In this document: positions 11,010 to 23,229 of the stretch, piece after piece | How positions within the stretch are numbered: position 1 is the stretch's first letter | Layout of the letters: every line of letters starts with the position of its first letter | Assembly: GCF_001194135.2 (NCBI RefSeq) | Contig: NC_068988.1 | Location: forward strand, 54,915,677-54,979,676 | Direction of reading: 5' to 3' | From: Octopus bimaculoides | Taxonomy: Eukaryota | DNA: 64,000 nt | Program-made: the position numbers and the translations under genes | The notes under the pieces: model-generated | The model's database searches: none | What the model was told of the DNA's origin: nothing | What the model saw: the letters and a program-made list of their open reading frames with translations, nothing else

Positions 11010-12793
11010 GAACCTGCACACAGTTTCCATCTACCAAAATCACTCACTAGACATTTATCACCCTGAGTTTATAGTTGATGGCACTTGCCCAAGGTGCTGC
11101 ATAGTGGGACTGAACCCAAAACCATATGACTTCAAAGCAAGCCTTTTAGTCACACAGCCATGCCTGCACCTAAAATATATTCTACTCAACCTGTATTGTT
11201 TGGAAATTTCAAGTTACCATAAATTGGTTAGATTCTAACATCCGCATGGTTTAGGTATTGTGTCTCTGTTTTGTTTATTTAGTGCATCTCTCTTGGTTGA
11301 GAACTTTGTTTGACAATTATGTAACTGCAGGCTATTTATATTTAAAAGTAATTGCATACATATTATTCCAGAATCAGTTAAATATAGCTAAAAAAAAAAA
11401 AACAAGTCAAACAGACCATTAACTTTATTTTAGAGAAAACCTAATTTGAAGTTTCTGGCTGTCATAGAGGTTTTATAATAATGAAATAGGTTGGGATATA
11501 ATTGTTATGAGTGTGACTCTGAATGAAGTATAGGATTGTGAGCGTGTCATTGTTATCTGTTATTTATTTTCATATAGACTTCTTGTCAAGTATTGTGTTG
11601 CTTGAATTTCTCTGCTGCAGGCTATCGACTTTATTTAAATGGTTCATAATTTATTACTATTTAATTACACAGAGATGTCACTTTGTCTATTAATTACAAC
11701 TTTTGCACATTTAGGGCTCATGAAGTTTTTAATTGTTCTGGTGGGGGTATATTTTTCTCAGATGTCCCTTATATCCAGTACATGTCTAACTCAGCTAACA
11801 TAGCTGTTAACCTAGAAGTTAAAAGCTTTTCTTCCTTTGCATAGGATTCAAGATCTTTGGCATCATTGAAAAGTAATACTTCAGAATTAAATATTAAATT
11901 TATTTCTTTTAAAATGAATAACTTGGGTCAAATACTGGTTTTTTTTTTTCCTTTTTTTATTTTTGACTTCAGGTTAGCTTCTATTTTCTTTTTCACTTGT
12001 GCCATAGTTTTTTAGTAGATTATTTATACATTAACAGACCCCACTGTTACTTTCTGATCTAATCCCTTGAATTGATGTTTTATATATTTTAATAGTACTA
12101 TTATCTAATCTCTACTCCAGGAATTTATCTGTTACTGTAGGATTTGTTACCTCTCTAGCCCTCCTTCACCTCATGCATTCAGATATTAATAACATATCTT
12201 AAAAACAAATGTATACATGTATCTATGTTCTCAGTAGTAGACCACAATTTCGCACCTAGGATGTTGAAATTTTGCATAGAGGAATATAATTTCAAGGAGA
12301 AGGTCACAAGCTACGAAATTTAGTTCTGAAATCTGTTTCTTTTTATCTCCAGGCAGAAAACTAAGAATATTGTTTACTCTCTCTCTCTCTCTCTCTACCC
12401 TAGATGCTGCAGTAGACACTGGGAAATATTACTGGTTATAAATATAATTTATATATATTTAGAAAGGTATATTAGAATAAAATTTTGAAACAGAAATAAT
12501 GTTTAGAAACAACAACACAACTGTTACTTTATTTCAAAGTCAAATCATAAAAATAACACAAATATCCATCTACTAACAGTAGTCAGCTTCTGCAATTAAA
12601 ATGGGTAAACTTCTTGTTCTCTGGATCTAATAAACAAACAACGAATCATTAACATCTGCTAACTGCATTCATGAGGCTTTATTATTGTATAGATATCATT
12701 TGCTTTTGGAGCCATGAAACTAATGCTGACCTTCCATCATTATAGAATGTTTCTTTCATATCTAAGACTTTCCATCAATCACAAATGAGCAAT

Positions 12794-13180
12794 TTTGTTG
12801 TTGGCACTCCATCGCTTATGACGTTGAGGGTTCCAGTTGATCAGATCAACAGAACAGCCTGCTCGTGAAATTAACGTGCAAGTGGCTGAGCACTCCACAG
12901 ACACGTGTACCCTTAACGTAGTTCTCGGGGATATTCAGCGTGACACAGTGTGACAAGGCTGACCCTTTGAATTACAGGCACAACAGAAACAGGAAGTAAG
13001 AGTGAGAGAAAGTTGTGGGGAAAGAGTACAGCAGGGTTCGCCACCATCCTCTGCCAGAGCCTCGTGGAGCTTTAGGTGTTTTCGCTCAATAAACACTCAC
13101 AACACCCGGTCTGGGAATTGAAACCATGATCCTATGACCGCGAGTCCACTACCCTAACCACTGGGCCATTGCGCCTCCAC
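12794..13180 (-). mobile_element. tRNA-derived SINE family A, full length
   Basis: A/B-box head on the minus strand; TSD acaaatgagcaat at 12781-12793 and 13181-13193; same family as 17433 and 35102. Confidence 0.9.
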
Positions 13181-13557
13181 ACAAATGAGCAATATCATGA
13201 ACATTATCTACGAAACAAATGGCTTCCTCTTGATTACTAAACACTTAGTGATAATAATGCTTAATATTTCTGTTGAGATAAGGTTTTGTTCCTCTTTTAC
13301 CAGAATCTTGGTATCTGCATGTTTAACCCTACCTTATTGAACTTCCTCCTTTCCTGCTTTCATTTGTACATTAGTCCACCGATTAGTAACTTTCAAACAC
13401 ATCATTCTGCTAAGACATTTGTGGCCATATTTCTTACAGGAATAGATTCACTACCTTGTTTCATTTCATCTTCAAAGTTATAAACAACTTAGAGGGAGTT
13501 AGATTAAAAATAACCAATTTTTCCTTATTTAGTGGTTGTTTCTAGGTCATTTTAATG

Positions 13558-14074
13558 CAAGGGTGGGGAAACTTTTTAGTGTGGCGGGCAAAAATTTCCA
13601 AAGAAAAAAGTCCGCGGGCAGACCACGAGTTCTAACTCTTATATCTGTGTAAATCTTGTATATATCTATCTATCTATAATTTGATGTACATTAATAAAGA
13701 TAAGTTTAACACATTAAATTAACGCGTAACATCTTCATTAATGCTGCCACTGAATTTAGGACATTTATATTGCTTATGAGGTAATCTATGTTTTTCAGCT
13801 AGAGTGTAGTTGGGTCTCAAGGGGATGGTACAAACTTAGCAATATGTGTTTTATAGTGGAAACAAAATTTCCATTCAAATAGCAATTTACCAGACGATTT
13901 CTGTTCGAGTCTAACCGTTTTAGCCATAATGGAAACGCGACCTGTGTCGCAAATAGGTATGTGAATATTGTATAAATTTTGTAATTGAAAAATTTATTAG
14001 ATTTTGTACATACGAGTATATCAGCCTGTGGGCGCCATAAAATGTGCTAGCGCGTGGGGGTTTCCCCACCCCTC
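13558..14074. mobile_element. hAT-type non-autonomous element (517 bp)
   Basis: TIRs CAAGGGTGGGGAAAC / GTTTCCCCACCCCTC; 8-bp TSD ttttaatg and atttaatg. Confidence 0.75.
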
Positions 14075-14339
14075 ATTTAATGCAACAGACCATTGACAAA
14101 ATTCTATCCATGACTGTACTATCTTTTTAAGATGTAGAGTATCTATTACAACGTTAGTCAATGCATTTTTCTTCTAAAGCAATAAGATATAATGAGAGAG
14201 ATGTTTGGCTGTTATTTTCTTGCAGGTAAGTGACTACATAAAAGCTCTCTTGCTTTCTCATTCATTTATTGTTATAAGCTGGTATTTGGAATACAGCTTA
14301 AGGGGAAAAGGTTCTCACATGCTGTTATGGAATTTTTAA

Positions 14340-14687
14340 CCCTTAAATGTGTTATTACTCTTATAATAAGATTTCAAGTAAGATTTTAATTTAATATGAA
14401 CAGTTTAATATCAGCAGTTTTGGTAGGTAGTTATCATGGGATATTGAAAAAGTTAATTTCATTTAGTTTTCCTGTAATTTTACTTCTAGAACCCTCTGGT
14501 TTTATGATACAAAATTTCTTGTCTTAAAGTGATTTTAAGTAAAATTTCCTGTCAAAATTTCATATTAATGTATGATTCAGATATCAGCTTGATAATGACG
14601 AAGTTTTTTTTAACATAATTCTTCATAATTTTCAAAATTAATTGAAACAGTATCAGTGTATTTCAACAAATATTGGTAAGAAAAAGG
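14340..14687. mobile_element. Possible piggyBac-type MITE
   Basis: TTAA-CCCTT…AAAGG-TTAA termini; no second full copy seen in the window. Confidence 0.4.
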
Positions 14688-15027
14688 TTAAACATTTTAC
14701 TTGCTACAACATAGTTTATTTCTCAGACTTATCATAATAGACCAAACCACGAGTTACTCATTATTGCAGTCTCCCTTGATGATTGAATAATTTAAGAAAT
14801 ATCATGAAAGTCATATAAGATTCTATATAAAAGGGAAAAGATTTGATATAAAAACCAAATATTAATAACCATAATTGTTTGTAATTTTTCTGCCATAATA
14901 AAAAGTATACTTATGTTCAATGTAATACTACCCTTATTTTCGTTTTTATGAGGATGTTTATAATATGTAAGAAATTGCTATTTGTCTATTTGCTAGGGTC
15001 CACAGAAAGTGATGCCATATTTTGCAC

Positions 15028-15145
15028 ATGGCAAACAAAAAACACTGGGAAAATACACCTTCAGAATTCACGGAATTTGGTCCTCTAATCTCTGATGTAA
15101 AGCCATCAACTGGATTTTTTTCTTGGTTCTTTAAAAGAAACAAAG
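15028..15145 (+). CDS. PIKFYVE: PIKfyve coding exon 1 (MANKKHWENTPSEFTEFGPLISDVKPSTGFFSWFFKRNK); exon acceptor at 14997
   Basis: Acceptor tttgctag/14997; in-frame TGA at 15010-15012 upstream of the ATG; TEFGPL resembles the PIKfyve N-terminal LTHF/LTEF motif; donor AAG/GTTGGT, phase 1 matches exon 2. Confidence 0.8.
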
Positions 15146-15885
15146 GTTGGTTTCATTATTCTTAATAATTTGTACTTGGTATACTCACTGTCCTTTTCTT
15201 TAGTTGACAAAAATGTTAACAATAAATTTTACTAAAGAATCCCAGGAATTTATCTGAAGAAGACATATTCATAATTTAGAATACAACAAGGGAGGCTTAG
15301 TTCAGAATCGGTTCTCCATCTTCTAAGCCGACCCTACAGCTCTTATAACTTTCTAACAATCTGGTACTAAGTTTTGTTATTGTAACTTTTCATCATACAG
15401 AAAGGGAACATCAATCAGTTTCACAGAATATGAGTGAATATGCTTTGAGAAAGAACTTCGAATAACATATTCTTTTACTGATTTCATTCAATGGACTTTG
15501 ATAATGACTATACAGGGGCATCACCATCTAGAATTTAGTTGAATGCATCAACTCCATACTTATTCTATTGGCTGGTTCTTATTTAGTCAACTTCAGAAGG
15601 ATAAAAGTCAGAGTAAACCTATGTGGGATTTGAAGTTGGAACATTAAAGGATTATAATTCAAAACTGAAATGTCTATTATCCAACACTTCTACTGATTCT
15701 CTCAACGTATGTGATATTTAAATATTCTTAACTAAGTATGGACATATAGGCAGGAAAATACTGTTAATCAAACTAAATATTGTTCAAGTATCCACTCAGT
15801 TTTTAGCTACTATACAATGAGCTTAAGTACCATCTTTCATTGAAGTTTTATCAATGAATTTTTTGGCCAAAGTTAGGTTGAAGAA

Positions 15886-16205
15886 TACATTTTGCCAGCC
15901 GTTGCCAATAAGACATTCGAGTGAGATCGTTACCAGTGCCGATGGACTGGCTCCTGTGCAGGTGGCACGTAAAGTATACCATTTTGAGCATGGCCGTTGC
16001 CAGTACCGCCTGACTGGCCTTCGTGCCTGTGGCACGTAAAAGCACCCACTACACTCTCGGAGTGGTTGGCGTTAGGAAGGGCATCCAGCTGTAGAAACTC
16101 TGCCAAATCAGATTGGAGCCTGGTGTAGCCTCCTGGTCCACCAGTCCTCAGTCAAATCGTCCAACCCATGCTAGCATGGAAAGCGGACGTTAAACGACGA
16201 TGATG
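15886..16205 (+). mobile_element. RTE LINE 3' UTR fragment (family B) with hairpin repeats and (GAT)n tail
   Basis: Shares GTAAAAGCACCCACTACACTCTC…GGAAGGGCATCCAGCTGTAGAAA…GCGGACGTTAAACGATGATG with 42528, 50017, 62608 and 58665. Confidence 0.85.
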
Positions 16206-16274
16206 TTCCACCAAAATGATGAAGAAAAATTATTCCTTCTGAGTCAGGTATTACCAGTTGTTTGATTTTTGTGT

Positions 16275-16311
<37 letters not shown>

Positions 16312-16389
16312 ACAGAGTAATTCATTTTGGTAACCCCACTATTCCAACAGTTGAGTGTTATGTCTGGTTACCTAAATAATCTCTCAGCT

Positions 16390-16830
16390 GAGAGTTGCAA
16401 CTACAGTTTCTACTGGATCTGGTAGTCCACACTGTTCAAGATACTTGTCAGTCATGGACTGTACAGTATTTTAAATGTGTTCTGTTGTGTATAACAGAGT
16501 TAATCTCCGAGTCTGGTCTTTTGACTCTTGTTGTGCTTGATACAGTACATTTTCAGTTACAATGACCTGTTATTAAGTCAAAGCTGCTAAGGATCAGATG
16601 ATGAGTAAACACTTATAATAACAGCAAAGCTCTTCCTCTTGCTCAGAGAATGCAAAACTGCAGCCTCTTCCTTGGCTCATTGCTTTGTTGTGTATAGCAT
16701 CATTTTTGAAGAGACATTTTCTCTGACAGGCTTCATGGTATGTTGCTCAGTTGTATTGGGCAACTGTTTTAAAGTCCTGGAGTATGTTGAACCATGAACA
16801 TTGTGCAAGAACTGTCAGAGATTTAAATAG
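16390..16830 (-). mobile_element. Highly decayed Helitron Rep-helicase linker fragment
   Basis: Minus strand reads FKTV…TYHEACQRK.L..ND…, FAVII…SDP and QSMTDKYLEQCGLPDP, with stops and frameshifts. Confidence 0.5.
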
Positions 16831-16969
16831 GCTATTAAAATCTTTCATTTAAAAATTGTGTTTATTTGAATTTATATAGTAGATACAAAACCATATTTTT
16901 TTAAAGTACTCGACCACTGTCTGTGACAATATCTGGAAGACAATTATATTTCACACAAAAGATGTGGAC

Positions 16970-17334
16970 AATATATATTGAAATGCTGCCTTCATTAAAG
17001 TTCCTATCTTCAAAAAGTTTGCATGCAGTTTCAAATATCATGGAAAACAGAAAATAATCGAATCTTTCATTCACATTTAAATTTTCTTATATTTTTAAAC
17101 TGCTTGAAAATTTCAAATATATTCAAGCATTATAAAAACTAGCAGTTCAATTTTTATGTTCCATAAAAAACATAAAACCTGAATATTTTAGAAATATTAA
17201 CAAATTTATAATTGAAATATATTAGAGAATAAATTATTTTCTATCTTCCATGGTATTTGAAACTGCATGTTAACTTTTTGAAGATATGACTTAAATGTAC
17301 AATTTTTATAATGATAGCATTCCAAATACATATT
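16970..17334. repeat. Foldback / long inverted repeat
   Basis: 17007-17058 vs reverse complement of 17233-17284: 47/52 identical; weaker pairing extends outward. Confidence 0.85.
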
Positions 17335-17432
17335 GCTTGTGTGTGTATTCTGTTTTTATGATAATTATTTAAATTCTTCCTTTGTGGAAGAAGCTGGCTT
17401 CTAACAAAGATTCAAAGCTCCATCATTAGGAT

Positions 17433-17820
17433 GTTGTATGTTGGCACTCCGTCGCTTACGATATCGAGGGTTCCAGTTGATCTGATCAACGGAACAGCCT
17501 GCTTGTGAAATTAATGTGAAAGTGGCTGAGCACTCCACAGACATGTATACCCTTAACGTAGTTCTCTGGGATATTCAGCATGACACAGTGTTACAAGGCT
17601 GGCCCCTTTGAAATACAGGCACAACAGAAACAGGAAGTAAGAGTGAGAGAAAGTTGTGGTGAAAGAGTACAGCAGGGTTCGCCACCATCCCCTGCCGGAG
17701 CCTTGTGGAACTTTAGGTGTTTTCGCTCAATAAACACTCACAACGCCCGGTCTGGGAATCGAAACTGCGATCCTATGACCACGAGTCCACTGCCCTAACC
17801 ACTGGGCCATTGCACCTCCA
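17433..17820 (-). mobile_element. tRNA-derived SINE family A, full length
   Basis: TSD catcattaggat at 17421-17432 and 17821-17832. Confidence 0.9.
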
Positions 17821-17849
17821 CATCATTAGGATATAGATAACAAAAACAA

Positions 17850-18415
17850 TGTCATATTTTAAACTTGAGAAAAGTCTTGCATATTTTTACTATTTCACTT
17901 ATAGTTTGTATTTATAATGTGCAAATCATTTGATTGGTTTCTTTTTCTGAAAACCCTAGCTTATCCAGATTGCCACTTTGGAATCTACTCACAAAACCAA
18001 ATTCACCAATTATTATTGGTATAAATGTAAATTTATAATCTGGATATAAAAGCTGGAGGTTTTGAAGCAGTTGTCCATAGTTATTCTCTTTCTCTTTGAA
18101 AATCAAAGAGATGTTCACATCAGGAGGACAGCTGACATCTATGACTGTCTGTCTCAAACAACAATATTTGACTTGTTATGTTTACACTTGACAGGTGTTT
18201 TGATGGGAATGTTCCACCAGTGTTCCTTGTATTGACGTTTGTATTCTGTATTTATTCCAGGATAGTTTTTTTTACTGAATTGCATTGTACATTGTTTTTG
18301 CAACAGTGTTGTGTCACGTAGGGAGGTAGTATCTTGATGATATTTTTGGACAACTACTAATCACATGTGTTGTCTTCTGCAGAAATATAACATAATCTGC
18401 ATTTTTGGTATGTGT
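17850..18415 (-). mobile_element. R4/NeSL-like RLE non-LTR retrotransposon 3' fragment
   Basis: CRLC…VISSCPK (zinc knuckle), WWNIPIKT…KHNK, IDVSCPPDVNI…EKENNYGQLL…LYPDYKFTFIPIIIG…VKICKTFLKF. Confidence 0.85.
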
Positions 18416-18782
18416 GTGTGTGCATATATGTGTGTTTGGATATGTATGAGTGAGAGAGATTTAGGGATGTATATAGACCCATAGGGCCAGTTTTCCTGTT
18501 TCCATGACATGATAATTCCAACCCACCCTGTGGATGGAACATCAGTCCGTCACAGGATTATTCACTTTTTGCCAGCTGAGTGGATTGGAGCAATTTGAAA
18601 TAAAGTATTTTGCTCAAGAACATGACATGTTACCCAGTCAAGTAATCACATCCACAATCTTAGGATTATGATTCTAACAACTTAACCACTAAGCCACCAC
18701 ATAACTCCTACTCCCTTACAACTTTAAGTTTGTCTACATCTTTTGATTTTTCCCTGTTATGCCTCAAGGGGCATAAACCTGT

Positions 18783-18854
18783 GAAATTTTGGTAAAGATT
18801 CATTAAGAAATTTTGGTAAAGATTCATTAAGAAATTTTGGTAAAGATTCATTAA
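18783..18854. repeat. Perfect 24-bp tandem repeat x3
   Basis: GAAATTTTGGTAAAGATTCATTAA at 18783, 18807 and 18831. Confidence 0.95.
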
Positions 18855-20471
18855 GAGATTCAAGGTAGACAAACATTGCCACCTTGTGAGTTTGCTCTGG
18901 CACCCCATCACTACCATCTTTATTTTCTTCTCAGTTACTCCCACCAACCCTCATATAATGTGGTTTAGTCATGCTTCTCTTCTTTGGTAGGTCCCCTGTG
19001 CTTGTCCCTCTATCATACTTTAGCCTCTCAACACCTAGCATACAGACACTTCTCCTTTGCAGATACTCCCCCCCACACACATGCACTTAGTCAAGGGAGC
19101 TTTTTTCCTTTTTTTCCTGTCTTGCAAATTTTGTGACTACCTCACTAGTGCTGGATACACGAAAGAAACACCCAGCATACACTGTATAGTTGTTGGCTCT
19201 AGGGAGGCCGTCCAGCTGTAAAAACCATGCCAAAACAGACATTCAAGCTCAGTGCAGTCCTGCAGCTTGCTAGATCCTGTCAAACCATCCAATCCATACT
19301 AGCATGGAAAATGGACATTAAGTGATGATGATGATATATATAGCACACACACACACATAGGTGAATTTGTTTTGGATGTGTGAATATAATTTTGGATTAT
19401 ATGTAGGTTCTGGCACCAAGGTGCCACATAAAGAGCATCAGTGTTGGTGCTGGTATCATGCAAAAGTATTGGCACCACATAAAAAGCACCCAGTACACTC
19501 TGTAAAGTGGTAGGCATTAGGAAGGGCTGCCAGCTGTAGAAACCAAGTTAAAACAGACTATGGAACTTAGTGTTGCCTCTGGCCTTACCAGCTCTTGTCA
19601 ACCCAGCTAACCCATGCCAGCATGGAAAATGGACGTTAAATAATGATACCAACAGTGACGATGCCTGTCCTAACTTTGCTTTACACCAACTGAGGATTAC
19701 CTCTCATTTTCACTTGAGTACCAACACAAAACTATAATACGCTTTCCTGAAAACTTTGCTGTAATGAGGGAATTCCATAATGCAAGACCTACTGTTCCAA
19801 TGATTTCCCCATTATAAATTGCAATGAATTTCAACATAATTTTTTTACTCCCCACAACCCCCAAAAAATCCAGAAACAAAATCAAAACTCAAAACTCTGC
19901 AACCACTTCTATAATCATAACCAGGGTTTCCATATGGGGAAATCCTAGTGTTCATTTAACACATAATTTCCTACACCTATATATAAAAGACACTCTAAAC
20001 TTTACCACAAGTGTGTAGTCAACATGTTAATACTTATGTAACCCATAGCACACCTAAATAACAGACACCGACACACCTACACACAATACACACACGTGAA
20101 CAAGCACCCATATATGTCTATGTTGTATATGTGTTTTTAATTGACTGGAAGAAAAATTGTAGTACTCAATTAAGAATGGCTTTTGTTAGGAGATAAAATA
20201 GTTGCTCACCCTATTGTTCTCGGTGACATTAGCATGGCTCTAAAATAGGAAAAAAAAATCGCAGTTAGCTGAAGAAGTACATTTGGTATGTTATTGTGCT
20301 AACAAGAAGTAGTATGTTGGCTGCAGTGTTTTATGAAATCAGATATTTTAGTTGTGTTTAGTCCTGTTCATCCCAGTCAGCCTGTGACTGTACCATATTA
20401 TTTCTTCAGACATAAATGTAACTAAGACGACAATCTAGTGTGTTTTTGTTTTTTAAATTTTTTTAACGATA

Positions 20472-20760
20472 GTAGGAGTTGCTAGGTGGTAAGTAGCTTG
20501 TTTACCAACCACATGGTTCCATGTTCAGACCACTGTGTGGCACCTTGGGCAAGTGTCTTCTACTATAGCCTCAGGCTGACCAAAGCCTTGTGAGTGGATT
20601 TGGTAGACGGAAACTGAAAGAAGCCTGTCATATATATATATATATATATGTGTGTATGTGTGTATGTTTGTGTCTGTGATTGTCTCCCCAAACATCGCTT
20701 GACAACTGATGCTGGTGTGTTTACGCCCCTGTAACTTAGCAGTTCGGCAAAAGAGACCAA
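20472..20760 (+). mobile_element. tRNA-derived SINE family D (CORE-like CACCTTGGGCAAG segment, internal TA/TG tract)
   Basis: Related decayed copies at about 4230-4400(-), 8330-8520(-), 10925-11165(-), 25370-25590(-), 26810-26990(+), 35905-36235(-), 37690-38032(-), 54545-54720(-), 55385-55530(-) and 62030-62240(-). Confidence 0.75.
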
Positions 20761-22035
20761 TACATATATACATATAAACAAAAATACCCTGTTGTTGATG
20801 TTGAAATTCCAGTGAAGGAGCCAGGCAGGCAGGGAGGGTTAGTAATGGATTCAAGAACTAAGATAGAAAATAAGGTTTGATAGAAAACAAGAGATATATA
20901 GTGGGAAATAGTATACTGCATGCATTTTCAGGAAAGAGTCTACTGTAGTAAACAGAATACATGGATTTGAGACAATTCACAATCTCAGATTTTAATTTCA
21001 TGTGTTGAATTCAACAACTATTGAAATTCATTATCTAATTAAATATGTAATTCATAAAACATATGTACCCATACACTTTGTAATTCCTGTCAGTATTTGT
21101 ATATATATATGTATATATATTGTATATATTTTTTCAGAAATATGCCTTTAGAGACAACAACTAGTATGTGAAGAATTATTTATTATTTTTGATGTCTGAA
21201 CCAGCATGTATTGAATATATTTTGCTATATAATACTAACAACATTTTGATGTGTTACTTTTTCTTCCTTCTAATCCTGTTATTAGTAGAAATGTTGTGTA
21301 AGTCATAGGGTGTGGGGACACCTAATGAAGACTTCTTCCTGTAATAATTCAGAAATCAATACTTGACTGGTTTTCTTATACATTCTTCCATGGGACCCAA
21401 GAAAAGTAATCGAGCATCAAATGGCTCTGCTAGTATTGAATTCATTTTAAATAACTCATTTACGAAAACAACTCATAGATGAAAGAGCTATATCTATAAC
21501 CTTTTTGTTTGGAAGAAGTTATCTTTAGTATAGTGTTCTCACCCAAATGCTTGCATAAGAATAGACTCCTCTAAAAAGCAATCAAAGGCCAGGTGTTAGT
21601 GATAAGGTAACAAATTAAATTTACTACTCTGGAATAATTTACCAAAGTTTACCCAACATCTGATGTGCTTCCTGATAGTTTCCATTGACCTAATCACACT
21701 CACTAAGCTTTGTTTGATCTGGAGTTATGCCATGCAGTGTACAATCTTGCTTACTTTGTGATTTTAGTACATTTTATCACTAAGTACATTTACATTTGTT
21801 TTGTGATCAATAATTTGGCAAGTGCACTGAAAGCTATGCTTTGCTGATGACCTCAGGTAAATGCTGAAACATGGTCAAGTTGTCTCCCATAATTGCTGAA
21901 AGCACTGAAAATAATACTAGACATGGATTAATATTGTGGTTTCTTCACTGTAACTCTATCTATCAAATCTTGGACAACTGAAAGAATTTTAAAAATAATG
22001 GAATACAAAAACTGAAAAATCAGCTTGAAAAATTA

Positions 22036-22198
22036 CTGTATTTTAACATGTATAAGGAACCCTAATTTTAGGGTTTAAAATTTAGAAAAAAAAAAGGTTT
22101 TGTAAGGGATTGTAATAGTATCCATGTATAAGAAACTCCTATATTTTCTTAACCTAATTTTTGACAAAAAAGGGTTCCGTATACACATTAAAATACAG
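22036..22198. mobile_element. Tc1/mariner-type (pogo/Tigger-like) MITE, 163 bp
   Basis: 28-bp TIR CTGTATTTTAACATGTATAAGGAACCCT (25/28 match), flanked by TA at 22034-22035 and 22199-22200. Confidence 0.8.
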
Positions 22199-23229
22199 TA
22201 ATTCTTTTTATTATTTTGAGGTTCAATTATTAAGATACTAAGTCAGTAGTTCTAAATCTTTCAAACATAATGGCCCAAATAGTCCAAAGAATATTCTTGG
22301 ATTTAATTGTTTTTGGCTTTACAGCTCTGTTAGAAGTTATTCTCAGTCATGTGTTCTTTAGTAAAAGTTTTTTTGTTTCATATAGATTTATCATCACTGT
22401 CACTATCATTGTATCAACCAGACTATCAGATGTTATTATACATCACTGGTCACAATGTGTTCCTTGCATTGTTGTAGCTTTCAAATGGTGTCACCCTAAC
22501 TGGCCAGGTGGGCAAGCCAACATTCTCCCTGAACAGGATGCCAGTCCATTGCAGGGTTACTCATTTTTAGTTGAGTGAACTGGAGCAACACAAAATAAAA
22601 CATTTTGCTCAGGAACACATGCTGCTGGTCTTGAAATCAAAACCATGATCCTGCTATCATGAGTACAACACCCTGACCACTTGGCCATGTGCCTTCATAC
22701 ATTTATTATAGTATTTCTTAAATTAGTTTGTAATTTTATAATTTAAAAATGTTTGTGTGTTCACATTGGCTTTGCCTATCAATATTCTCTATGGCTGTTA
22801 CTTTAATACTGAAATCAATTTATTGGCTTTTCTATGTGTGTGTTGTTCACCTTTTAACAAAGCTCCAGATTTTGCATGATATGTTGTTCTCATATAACAT
22901 TTCCGGAGTAAGTAATAGATAAGCGTGTGTGTGTGTAAGTTAAAGGATCTTGTCTTTAGAGCTAACTAGTGAAGGTAAGAAATCTATTTTTGATCTTGGT
23001 AGATCTCTTTAGCAAAGTTTATTTATATCTGTTGATAAGACTTAGAGGTCATTAGTATATGTAGAAATATATATATAATTTAATGTCCATTTTTTTACTT
23101 GCTTGTGTAAGTCAGATGGAATTTATTGTGGCAAGTTTTCAATGCCAACCCTCACCTGTTTCCAAGCAATATTGGAAATTACTGTGCTGGTATGATAGTG
23201 ACAATCAAGAAAACACTGACATGCACACA

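Noticed and set aside
21720-21860. CR1/L2-type RT traces (CFADDL; also FAANVKIY near 59610 and an RTE-like trace at 38960-39150)
   Set aside because: Too short and degenerate to support without a profile search.
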